Assembly (NCBI GenBank): GCA_030141605.1
Contig: JAQGDQ010000008.1
Span: 682,001 to 746,000 of the forward strand
DNA length: 64,000 nucleotides
Source: Tubiluchus corallicola
Taxonomy: Eukaryota; Animalia; Priapulida
Direction: 5' to 3'
This document shows positions 1 through 12,400 of this stretch, one piece after another. Position 1 is the first letter of the stretch; every line of letters begins with the position of its first letter. The notes beneath the pieces were generated by a model, which was not told the DNA's origin, did not search any database, and worked only from the letters and a program-made list of their open reading frames with translations. A program made the position numbers and the translations under genes.

Positions 1-1038
1 CAAAATCCAATGCAGCAGAAATTCTCTCAAAATTTGCAGCAGCAATTATCTCATCGTCCTCCTCCACCCGAGTACAAGCCACAATCAGCTACTTTGCATA
101 ACCTCCAACAAGGGCAGCCTCCACTCATCAATACTTCCCAGGCACATTTGCACATTATGCAGTGTATACCGCAGAGTGGTAATTATATATTAAGAGCTGC
201 ACCATCTCAGAGGATGAATTCAGGGAATAATGCTACTCCAGGTCTAATCTCCCAACAGCCAGGTTTTCCTGCGTCACGTATGCCAGTTGCTCAAATGACA
301 TTCCAGCCACATTCGGGAATTCAAAATGTAAGACTTCCGTCGGGCTACAATACCATTACTGTACAAGAGCAGCAGAGATTCATTGCCGCACAAACTGGTC
401 AGATGCGTGGGCAGTGGCCAACATCAGAAGGCACTGTTCATGAAAACCCTATTACACAGTCACAAAATGTGAAGCAGAACTTGGCGACATTGCGACCCAC
501 TTTACAACAGCGGCCACAGCAGCAAATTGCTCAACAGCGCATGTCATCAGTCGATGTGGCACATGTAGCACAGCGACAAGTCATTCTGCAACAACAGCAG
601 CATGTCACCGCACCTATACCTGCTCAAGGAAGTGCTTTGGACTTTCCGCTGCAACAAGTGCAGCAGCAACCGCATATTAATCTCCATCAGTCACATCCTC
701 GGCACCACCACCAACAACAACAGCAGCTGCAACACCAGCAACATCAAGTAATGTCACACCAGTTGCAACAACATTCTCAGTTGCAAGCTTCCCATCATGC
801 TCACCTAACACCACAGTCGCACAACTCGCAGCAATCTCAGCAACATCCGCCGCAACATTCTCATCTCCAACAATCACATTCTGCTCAAATGCCTGAGTCA
901 AGAGAACAACAAAATTTGAATTCAGAATACGTCACCTTGGACTTCTTAGATAATAGTGGAGGCATAGATTTGCTAAATTTTGATGGTACTGGGTCAGGCT
1001 TTAACATCTTAGATGATATGGATCTGTTGCCTAAATGA
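1..1038 (+). CDS. Terminal coding exon (5'-truncated by window edge) of a Gln/His-rich transcriptional coactivator, probably Mastermind-like (Notch coactivator)
   Basis: Open frame from the window edge to TGA at 1036-1038, with poly-Q/H low complexity. Contains an RPPPPEYK PPxY motif (Mastermind/MAML proteins carry a similar RPPP[DE]YK, recalled) and an acidic-hydrophobic C-terminus (EYVTLDFLDNSGGIDLLNFDGTGSGFNILDDMDLLPK) typical of a transactivation domain. The diagnostic N-terminal MAM helix is outside the window. Confidence 0.5.
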   Translation, partial: QNPMQQKFSQNLQQQLSHRPPPPEYKPQSATLHNLQQGQPPLINTSQAHLHIMQCIPQSGNYILRAAPSQRMNSGNNATPGLISQQPGFPASRMPVAQMTFQPHSGIQNVRLPSGYNTITVQEQQRFIAAQTGQMRGQWPTSEGTVHENPITQSQNVKQNLATLRPTLQQRPQQQIAQQRMSSVDVAHVAQRQVILQQQQHVTAPIPAQGSALDFPLQQVQQQPHINLHQSHPRHHHQQQQQLQHQQHQVMSHQLQQHSQLQASHHAHLTPQSHNSQQSQQHPPQHSHLQQSHSAQMPESREQQNLNSEYVTLDFLDNSGGIDLLNFDGTGSGFNILDDMDLLPK

Positions 1039-2830
1039 TTTTTTTGTTACACTTATCAAGTTGTAGATATATTTGTGCCCAAACCATGATTTCTGACAAA
1101 AGTTTAAATGTTACAGTTTGTAGGATTATGTATAGCTTTGTCTTCCAAAATGTTATGCTCTGGCAAAGTTTTATATTTTTACACATAAACATGTTTTTGT
1201 ACATAAGTTTTTTATGACAAATTAAATGCTTCAGTGTTATTCACATAAGTGATTCACATATGCAATGTAGCTTTTTAGACAATGATCAGTATTTTTGCAA
1301 TACTTATTTTTGTCTGTATGTATCTGTTTGTGGATAAATTTGTAATCAGCGTTGCAGGAGTCATATAATTAGTCAGTTTTCTTTTACTTGTATATTTTGA
1401 AAAGTGTAAGTGGTAATACACAAACTTTTATGTAAAATTTCTTTACGACTATTAGTGTGACTGATATTAGTTGTGTATGCTTTCATTTAGAGTACTGTAT
1501 AATTATTTCTTTTATGTAGAACTTGCATTCTAATGTGTTGTAAGTTTTTTGGTATGTTTCATGGCTAATAGCTGTCCAGTATTGCTGTTTTTATGATGGA
1601 AATGTAGATCATTAGACTTCATTAGACAAAAGAAGCTGCTTTTAGGAATTGTGTAATTAATTGTGCTAATATTTTTATAGACATCTTATTTTGTAATATA
1701 CTGTTTGCATTTGGTGAATTTGTTATCTAATTACAGTTTTTTCTTATTACAATTTAGGCTAAAATGACAGTGGTAGTTGTAGAAAACTGTAATATTGTAG
1801 GCAGTACCGTATTTCTAATTAGTAAGATATGTATATGAGTTTTTTCTAGAACCTTGACAAAATTTATTGTTATCAAGTCGGTTGTGATTTTAAACATTGT
1901 GAAACATATTTATATAAGCATATTTATGAATGTACAGTTTAAGTCTTTAAGCACAAGAGTGTGTTGTTCTAAAGGCAATCTTGCATATCAGGCATTTTCC
2001 TTTATTGCCTGGTTACTATGGAGTCCAGTTTGTGGATAAATGTGGTAAACTTCCCGGGTATAATTGCGATAATGCAATGTGGCATTTATCCTGTTAAGTC
2101 TGTCCTGGACATTGTTATTCCTGTTCCGTTCTGTTTTTAATAGTGATTCTTACCTTTTTTCACATAATATTGTGACGGAAATATTAAAACCAGTACAGTA
2201 TACTTTATATGATCGTATTATTTCACGAGTGAATATTATAGAATCATGACTTAATTTCATTTTTGTGAAACCAAAAAAAATCGATGTTTTTACACCTAAT
2301 TATGAGACTTGATTCACATTATGAGTGAACAATTTTTCGAGTTGACAATAAATGTTTCCTTGTTGATTCTTTTGTCATTTTGGATATTAGGGGCGCACAA
2401 ATGGAGGCTGTAGTATGCTAAGTATTCGGTGTAGTCTTACTAGTACTTTTTACTGTGCTCTTACTGTACGAATCAAATTTTCAGGAATTGAATGTTAACT
2501 AACTGTGTCAAGCGTCAATATGCAGTTAAATGTAAACAGTAGTTAGTTTCATATTTAAAGAATGTGCGGCTGTGACTGTATGTTTAAACTTTCTATTTAT
2601 AGTATTTTATACACATGCATTTTGAATGCATATCAAGCTTTAGATGCCTTTTATCCTTACAGAAGTGTTTACACATCTCATTGTTTTTTATAATTTTTTT
2701 GTAAAACGAATCTTGTAAAAACAAGCAAATCTATATGAAAATAATAACGATGAATGATAATATTTCGTATTACTGAATTTATAGTGTACAACATGTACAG
2801 CATGCAATCGCTGTGCAACAGACAAATAAA
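1039..2830 (+). other. Probable long AU-rich 3' UTR of the upstream gene
   Basis: T/GT-rich, repeat-poor sequence after the stop codon, with AATAAA at 2347-2352 and 2825-2830. The true end is unknown. Confidence 0.4.
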
Positions 2831-4559
2831 TTTTCTGTTATAACATGCAAGTTTATATTTCAACGTGCAAGCTGGTATAGTAAAACCGGTCCTGTGCTCA
2901 ATCTGCACCTGCCGTCTTGTGTTGTGGTATAGACGCTATTGGATTGGATGCATGTTGCGTGCATTGTGTTGAGTTGTTGCTGCTGTCCTGTATCATACGT
3001 TTACTGTATGAAACTTTTCCCTGGGGTATTTCCAGATGTTCCACGCTTCTCTAAAGAAAACATTCATTGCTGCTGGGTGGGAGAATGCTTTTATGCATTT
3101 AACTGTGGATTGCTAAATACGTAATATTCAGTGTGATTTTGTAAATTGAAAATGTTGCTGTTGAAATTTTTTGCCTTGTTTTTCACGAAGTATTTATGAT
3201 GACCTGTTCGTCGTAGAATGACAATGAGAGAACTAATTGCGTAGTCTTAATCTTTTATTGTAACCATTAAGTTAATGCTTGTTTAGTTTTTATCAGGCAC
3301 CAACTTGCTTAGAAACTTCCATCACTTTTCTTTTGCCCTGTTCTTGATTGAGGTTTGGTGACGGGCTGGTTATCAGATCTTGATCTCTCCAGTAGTTGTT
3401 ATAGTATGTAGCAAGTACTTGTATATACAGTGGTTGTTGTTGATGTGTATTTTCTACATAATTTACAAAACCTCGCGTCAAGTTCTTAACATTTGGTAAA
3501 CCCTTGGCTTGACTTGGTTCGTCGCAATTGTGACTCGTCTTTGACATGTTTTTCAACTTTTCATTGTTCGTTTAATCTGTGGTCAAGGTTCATGCTGTGG
3601 AGTAGAGGTCGTGGGTACGCAATCACTAGCTAGTGCGTGGCGTGAACTTGAGCACACAGCCTGTGTACAGTCATTAGCTCGTTAGATTCGACTGATACTG
3701 ATTCTGTCTCACTGGTGTGGTGTATCACTGTTGCAAGCGCAATTATTGGTTGCTTACTAACCTTAACCTTGTTCTGCCTGGTAAAGTTTTGTGAACTTGA
3801 CCTCTGACGTTTCTCGCACTCTATCTTTATGTTGAAAAACGACCCCGTGCGTAGAAACGTGCTCGCCTTGAAACTTCTTGAAAAGTAAATTCAAAACCCA
3901 AAATCTTACTATTCGTATTAAATGAGGAACTACCCGTGTAGTAAACTGCAAAATGGTAAGAAACAGTTTGGGTCTTCCTGCAGAACGACAAAACTGTCCA
4001 AAATAGCCTAAACTTCACAAGGAATTGAAATAAAAAATGCTTAATGACAAGGATAGGTATAATTGTCAAAATTTCGATAGTTTTTATGACTAGTTGGAGT
4101 CCAGCTAAAGTGTTATGAAGGTAACGACGAGGTATAGTCGCCATCACTGCTATTCTATTTATATGCATTTTGTGACTTTCAACAAAATTATTTCCATCAA
4201 ATTTAGTCTTCCCTTCGGAACTAAACCTCTCTACTGAAGTTTGAACTGCAAATAGGTACTCGAGCAGTACCTATTTACCTCGCTGTTTTCAAATTTCGAG
4301 GCGAATTATTATTGGAAATCGCATCGCGGATTCAGCTGAACATCTGCTGCTGCACTGGGCATTTGTACTCTTCTTATTTGCATGAATTTGTTATCGTAGA
4401 GTAGAGAAACCTCGCAATGAATTCCACAGTCAAGCAGCTTTATGAAAACTTGCCTGATACCTGAGCGAGTACTTGCACACCTAGGATTTTCATGAGTAGT
4501 GAAGCCTTAACAATGGTTGTGTGGATTATTGGTTGTGGTTACAACGTGGAAGTGTACGA

Positions 4560-4790
4560 GGCTGGAGGGCTGCAGCCCCCCCCCCCCCTACACACCAGGA
4601 TTCGAGCAAACACATTTTTTTCGGGCACCAGCCAAATGATGAAAAAAAAATTCATAAAACGAAATCTCGAAATTTCTCGATGCCGCCAAGTGAACTGCCC
4701 GAAATCCGGGCATTTTTTGATCTTGGGGTAGGGTGAGGCAATTCCCGACTTTTTTCGGGTTGCCATTGTATTTTTCGGGCAAAAGTGGCT
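4560..4790. repeat. Interspersed repeat fragment with GGAGGGCTGCAGCCCCCC hairpin and repeated TTTTTCGGGC motifs
   Basis: GC-rich palindromic head (gggctgcagccc), a poly-C run and several tcgggca/tgcccga motifs in an AT-rich background. This architecture is typical of non-autonomous invertebrate DNA elements; family not assigned. Confidence 0.4.
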
Positions 4791-7700
4791 TAAATGTTAA
4801 TGGGCCTAATCTTACTATTTTGCAAGTGATTTCCTATTCATAAATGTGACTACAGCTTAATATTATATCTTTGATATTTTCTTTATAATTGATTCGCGCA
4901 TACATTAGTCATTAGTCAGGCAAGACTAGTGTGCTTTCATGGTGTTGTTACTTTGATATGCACTGCTCATGATATACCATCAGTACTTTTGCCGTACTTT
5001 AAATCTAGACACTTGACAGCTGTTGTGGAAATTACAGTGCGTGTAGATAAGCAACATCCCGCTGGAAAGATAAATAACTTATCCACGAGTCAAAATAATG
5101 TTCATTGCCTTGTTATTTTCTTTCTTGAATCTGTAGTTTCAGTTTGTTGGATTTGTTGTGGTAATCGTCTGTAGTTGTTTTACGCCGCCATTACGATTTC
5201 TTTAAAATAAGACTAAATTAACGTCGAAAACATTTTCCCAAATATCGCCCAATTTATTATTGTCTGTAATTAGTTTATTGATACTACCCTGAGGCATCTA
5301 ATCTAATATTATTTTATACTTGCACTACGTTTATTATGTTTATGGCACTAAGCATGCATCGTGAATCGCTCGTCTTTGAGTCGTGTATAAGTCCTAAGTG
5401 TTACTATTCACTTTATGGTCATAAGTATATTACATACTCAGGGTGCATAATGCAAAGAAAATCAAATCAATATCTTATTGGAAAAAGTGTACTGTATATT
5501 ACTCATTGTTGTCCTTACCTATAACCTATTCTGAACGTCTGAGGACGTTTATAGAGAGATCTTTCTATCAACGTAAAGTGACTAAACCTAATACCTCAGT
5601 GCAGATAGTACTTTTTAGTCAGTTTTAGCAGTTTATCTCAATACAAATATAAGTTTTTCCTCCTCTGTTTTTTTACAAAGTTTGGCTCTTCCAAAAATTA
5701 TTGAAAAAGAGCACAGTATGATATAGCGCTAACGTATCCGGAACTTGTCATGTAAGATAGTGAACAGGAAAGTGTTATCTGATCAAATGTAACTAAGTAC
5801 TAGGGTTAGAAAATGTATATTTTGGTAAAAGAAAATTCCACAGACAAGAGGGCCGAGGGAAAATTGATTTATAAACCGCAATTGTGCATCTAGGAATGTT
5901 CAATTTAAAGATATAAAAAACGGCTGCAAAAAGATAGTTCCAAGTAAACTGTCGGTGTTTAGGTACCAATAATGAATCCAGTAATGGTCATTGATTTTTA
6001 CCTCAAGTGTTATCCCGAGCTACCTGTTTTGTTGTTTATAGTTCTAGCTGTAAAAGGAAGTACAAATAAGCGTATGCGACAACCGAAAAACGTCAGAAAT
6101 TTACGGACACTGCCGCGTGCCTTTACTAAACTACATAAGAGAAACACGTTTATAAAACCTCGAATTATTCAAGAACTTTATTCTAGGTGACCTTCACATG
6201 TAGACCTGTTAAGTGCACCAAAAAACGATGTTATTGCTTGTAAGTAGAGCAGTGAGGGACAACAGTGTGAAAAGACAAAGCATGTAGTGTGGTGCTCTTG
6301 ACTTTTGCCCTTGACACGATTTTAAATCGCTAGCCCTCTAGACATTTGAGCGGTGTAATGCGCGTTAACCTTTTCTGGTTGCTGCGTGGCAGACTAAGCA
6401 GCGAAAGGTGTTTTAATTGATAATTCTGAGAATTATTGCATTTATGAGCTGCATGGACGGATTTTTAAGGCTGTGTTTATGTTTAATTTGCGGATATTAA
6501 TGACGAAGGCGCTAACCATTATCATATATCTTTTCTTTTGCAAGGAGACGTGTTGAAGTTGTTATTGGAGGCCTGAGGCATTCTCATTATTTTTGCAAAC
6601 ACTAATTTTTGCCTCAGTTTCATTCGGTTGATTATTCTTTGCTGTATTGTATTGTGTTGTAGGCAATAATGATAGCCTACCTAGAGTTACCTAAAACTTC
6701 AACATGGAACCTAGTAGCGTGATTAGATTGGAATCTTTATTATCAAAGCTAATACTCTAAGATGATACACCGAACTGGCAGAAATGTCTCAACCATATTC
6801 GGATGTAAATACATCTTCTCAAAAGGTAAACAACCAACACGGATATGGCAAAAAACCTCCCAGAGTCAATATCGAACTGGTTTTCATTTTTTATATTTTA
6901 GCTGACCAGCTTCGGTGTTGCTTAATTTTATTCGACACACCATGACTACCAAAAATATGCTTGAATCCTGTTGGTTGTTAAAAAGTATAAGTTTTCTGAC
7001 GTAACAGGGACTCCTTGCTGTCCATCAGTTATTCAGTGTTGAATTGAATTCGATGTCTTTATTTTACGTTTGGCTGGTGAATTGATAATTTCCGTCAAAT
7101 CATCGGCCCAAATGTATAGAAAACCTGTTGAAATTGCTCGTCAAGTGTTGATCAAATAGTGACACCGTATTTGTTACGTAATTGAATGTATTCTAGTAAT
7201 TGTTGCCTTTGTTGGCGAGGTTTTCTAACCTCTGTTGATCTGATGACCTCGCAGTAAATTCTCTGAGAAATGACAATGTAGAATTCCGCATACTTTATTT
7301 GCAAAGATTTTTGACCGAAAAAATTAATTCTTGTAATTTTCTTCATACTGGTATTGTGACTTTATGATATTTTAACTTTTATTATTCCAACCGGGTGAGT
7401 TGTAAATTAACGTAACACACATATAGGTTGTCAAAAACAGACACTTTTTTTACAGGAAAAACCGAAATTAATAGATAGAACTAACAAAGCCACTAGAAAT
7501 AGCACTTAATTTTTATTTTAATATCTGGTATAGCCACAATTCGTAACTTTAACTGCTTTCACTGGGGCGCGGGGACGTGATAAATAGTGGGCTGCCGTAT
7601 GAGTTTGTTTTTTTCTTAAGAACTTCTTTATTTTTATCTTTGATGATAACCCGGATAAGCAGTTGATAAGAATTAGAAAAACAGATCACGGTATTTAAAA

Positions 7701-9189
7701 AGAAATTAGAAGAAAAATTGTTGAAACAAATATTTATATCAAATTTTATAAGTCTAGTGTGTTTATCATAATTTTCTTGACATCCTCCGGAATCGGTGCA
7801 GACAAAATGCCACAACCGTGTATCCTCTGAATGTAGTACCGCGTGTAGCGTGGTACCCAAGTGAAAGTGAAGCGGGTAGGTACCAGACTATCCTTTATAC
7901 AGCGAAAGAGTGTGCAAGAGCCATTGCTGTACAGACGATTGCCATTATATTCTTGTTTAGTTGCTAATGCAAAGAACTGTGGTAATGTACTCTTTGGAAA
8001 AATCGTGTTTATAATAAATATTATTAAGACGATGTCATGGCTTATATGCCACTTTACCTACTGTTATTTGCAACTATACATTTGCAGTAATGTTTGAAAA
8101 GCAAGATCATTAGAGCTAGTATACTTGCTTGATGATACGAATTTAATTAACGTGTGCGCTTATAATTGTCTGACTGATGCACAACAGTCTTAAAGACTTA
8201 ATATTACTGTAGCTGTATTTCAAAAATAGAACGCCGTCACTAAAACATGTAAGGAAAAATAGTAATCTGTCATTTTAGTGAGCGATTCTCGGGTAACCCT
8301 AGTCTGGTAGCTATATTGCGTTTGACCTAGGGCAGTGGAGAAAGGTCGGCCACTTTGCATTTAAGCTAAATTAAATTAGATCAAATAATTTATCAGAAAG
8401 TTAGTGAAAAACCATGTACCACGAAAACTGACATTTTTTCAATCAGAAAATAAAATTTAGCATTTGGGCTGGGCAAAAACCATCAGTCTGGTAGTGCTTG
8501 TACCTACAAATAACGTTCAGTTATAACAAATGTGTTTGGCAACAATCACGCATTAAACTAAATGATAAAGATTGACATTTCCCTGTCATATTTCTACATG
8601 CCTTGTCGTGCCCTTGTGCTACAGTGATCCTGTCACCCTGGGCATTTTGGTCGTCCAGTTTTAGTGAGACTTTGCTCCACCAATTGTAAATTTTTCTTCT
8701 GGTAATAATAATGTGGTTTTTAGCATTTCGTTATATACTTCATCAGACAATCTGAATAGTTGCAACATACTAAGAACCAATCGCACTCAAAAAATTAAAG
8801 AATTACAAGTTGTTCCAAAAAATATGTTTTCAATACGGTATAAAACAAAAATTGATAAGAAAAATTTTTTGGAACTCGAGAATCTAGCCTAGCTACTAAT
8901 GTAGTCTGTTATGTTAAATTCTATTCTGTTCCTGTTAAACATAAAGTGCACTTAGTGTTGATGATCACTAATGCGATTGATCAATAAAACTGATAAAACT
9001 TTAAAATTCGGATGAAGTTTCCCAGAATGAGTGAATTTGTAAAGTAATATTTGAGAATAATATAGATGAGATCAATCTGGTCGACCTTCACCCAGCCACT
9101 CATCTTCTTGCCATTCTTTGTTACAAATGTGTCGCTATCGAGCAGTGCACTAAAACAATAAATTACCAAAAAATTGTAGTATTTTAAAA

Positions 9190-9492
9190 AGGCATGTCTG
9201 CTTTTGAATTTGAAGCAAAACCTAGCCGAATAGAAGTAAGTGTGGAAAGGTCACAGAGCTCTCGCAGTGGCCATGGCAGTTCTTGGTTCATATTCAGGTT
9301 CACTCCTGACTTCGTATTTCTTTCTTTTCACTCAAATTTAACAACTTCAAAAATTAACAGGCTTATGCCACTAATATATCATAAGTAATACAGAAATTAA
9401 TATTACAAATAATTGATTTCGCTTTTTTTAGGTTAGAAGAATAGACCATATTGTAATATTTCCGCTATTCAGCATATATTTTTACCTCCATA
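9190..9492 (+). promoter_or_regulatory. Putative SRRT 5' UTR: non-coding exon ending 9235, intron 9236-9431, UTR part of first coding exon
   Basis: Strong donor AA|GTAAGT at 9236 and polypyrimidine acceptor ttttttag| at 9431, just upstream of the ATG at 9493. Confidence 0.45.
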
Positions 9493-12400
9493 ATGGGTGA
9501 CAGTGATGATGAATATGACCGGCGTCGTCGTGATAAATTCCGTCGCGAACGTAGCGATTACGGGCGCGAAGACAGAAGGTAAACTATCTTTCGTATCCCT
9601 CAGACGCTGTGTTTACTCTCTGAACTTTCTCATTGTACATCATTTTACCTCACTTTCGAAATTTAGGTGTTAGCAAGATATAGATGACTTTTGGAATTGA
9701 TTGAAAAGGCTGGATTTGTTTTATCATTTCATTACCTTTGGGAATAATGTCAGGGCCAATTATTCTAATGGAGCGAAATAGAGAAAATATTTTTTATGGT
9801 AAAAAATTAAAAACCTACAAGCAGAAATGTATTGGAATATTTTAAAAGCATCCTAACAGACTAGGCACTGATGTTGGAAAGCATCATTTGAAAAGCACTG
9901 TAAATATATTCTTAGGTGGCCTACATAAGCTGCGCCTTTTTGAGTGTTATTTCATTAACTATGTCTAATATTCATGATCATTTTTCATTGATTTTTTTAT
10001 ATTTAAGAGCAGTTATTGATGGTTCAATTGATTTTGATCTAACAAAATTGATAACAATTTCAAATTGGACTGGAAATTTTTAACAGAGTTAACCAATTTT
10101 TATTAAAAAATTTTGTTTGTCCAACTCATCTGGCTTCTCTTGACTTCACAAATTCATATAACAAAATATTACTGTTACACTTACTAGCAAAATTAAAAAA
10201 TAGTTTCTTGCTTAAGCTGTGTGTTGACAAGGACATAAAACAAGTTATCTGCAAATTTCGTAGTAAAACAGAAATTACAAGTCAAAACAGCATAAAAATT
10301 TAACAGAATAGCAATGAATATATATTTTCTGCACAAGAAAAAAATCAGTTGAAAGTTTTATGTTTTATTTTTGCTGAACTTTTTAAGAATGTGACCTTCC
10401 ATTTAGCTTTTGATGTTTCTTTACATTCGTAACTTGGGAAACAGGCCTGACTTTTTAAAAGTTATTTCATTAACTATTTCTAATATTCATGATCATTTTT
10501 AATTGATTTTTTATATTTAAGCATATTAGCATTGGGAGAACTTATTTCAGCAAGTGCATTACACAAGGTAAAGCAAAGATATTCCTAAACTGACAAATTT
10601 CCACAAAATGAGATTAATTCAGCTCTTGACCGTTTCCAAGGAAAGTACATCGAAAAGGAAGCAATTGCCTTGTTTCTTTTTCATTTAAAATGGTAAATTT
10701 TGGAAAAATTCCCTGTTTTGTTATGAAAAAACAATTTTAAACATTGCATTTTTAAAACCTTAAGCAAAAATAGAACCAAATATACAGCTAATTTTTTTTG
10801 TTTAGAGGATGTATGTTCTGTTAAATTTTTATGCCTTTTTGACTTGTAATTTTTATCTTCTTAAAGAATTTACAGATAACGCTTTTCCGGACAAAGCTGT
10901 ATATTAATTTTGATTTTTAATTTTTTCTACAATTTTGCTGCAAATTTGCTCAGTTCTTCAGCTTTTTATACAAGATTTGCTAGTTATCACTTGAGTTTTT
11001 TAAGTAACTGTCCTGAACGGAGTTGATAACCTTGCACTAGCGGCTTGCTAAAATTTTTCTTTCTTTGTCTTTTTCACACACCAATTTTCCTTTGCACAAA
11101 TTTTTTCTTGCTTTGTGACGACGAAATTTTTTTCAAAAACTACGTGGCATAGGGGGCGTGAATGGCGTGTTGATCGTGGTGGAGGGAGAAGAGAAGCGTT
11201 CAGCCGCGAAGCGTATGATCGGCGTCGAGAAAGATTCAGTCCGGGGCAGCACGAGATTGGCGGACCAATGAAACGGATGCGTCATGATTGGTAATTTGTA
11301 ATTATAATTAAGTAAACTGAAACGAATAAATTGGTTCTTAAATATGAATTTTTATTAATGACATTTCTGTTTGATTACAGACTATAATTAGGTAAAGAAA
11401 ATGAACGAATGAGATAAGCAAACGATTTTTATTTTGTGAGCATTGATAACTTAATCATTCAAAATACTCCTTTTCTTACAAATATTTTTCCATTTGTCTG
11501 CCTTGACGGAGTTGCACTGATGCATTATCTCTTTTACTTCCATAGGGATGAGCCAGGTGAAGGTTACTACCAACCAATGGGTGGCAGTGGTGGTTATGGA
11601 GGTTATCAACAAGGGTGGGGTCAGCAACATGGTGAACATTATTCTGGCAGGCACAAGTATGACTCGGTTCTATTATGTTGCTACTGCAATGCAATGCAGA
11701 GCGACTTACCTGCAAGTTAAACTGTACATATAACTGACTGCCTAGTTGACTAGGCTGTGACTATCTAATTATGGCACAATGACTATTTGATAAATGTAAC
11801 CAATATGGCTAGTAACATTAAACTGGCTGATTTTAATAAGACACTGCTTATAGTCTTGAGAGACAGTAATTAAACTTGGCTAGGAATATTTTAATTGCCA
11901 AGAGGTTAACACTGGAAATACACTGAAGGACAATTATGCTAAAAGCAACTAGGTTTTCGTCCCAAGAAAATTAATCAGCTGCTCAAAGGCATTGTAAGTA
12001 AGTAAGTAAGTTACGTACGGCTAAATGGCGAGAATATTATCATTTGTTAAAAACTGTCTGTTCAAGCCGTATTCAAATACTTGTATTCAATAAGAATATG
12101 TTTAAACTAAGTAAGTAAGTTATTTAATTTCGTTCCCGAGGTTTATAAAACATGTTTTTAATAAAACAATAAAATTAATAGAATAAATGTTTACATTATT
12201 AGAAATGTTAGTTAACATGCAGCATATCACTTGTACTGTTGCTCACTTATTTAAGGGCAGTAGCTAATTTTTGCAATAATCCAGGAGTGGAGGCATGGAT
12301 ATTAATCCTGCAAATCCAATGATGTCCTTCAAGCAGTTCATGTTGGGTCAGGACGACGATATTGATGACGAGACCGCCGTGAAGAAGTACAAAGAGTACA

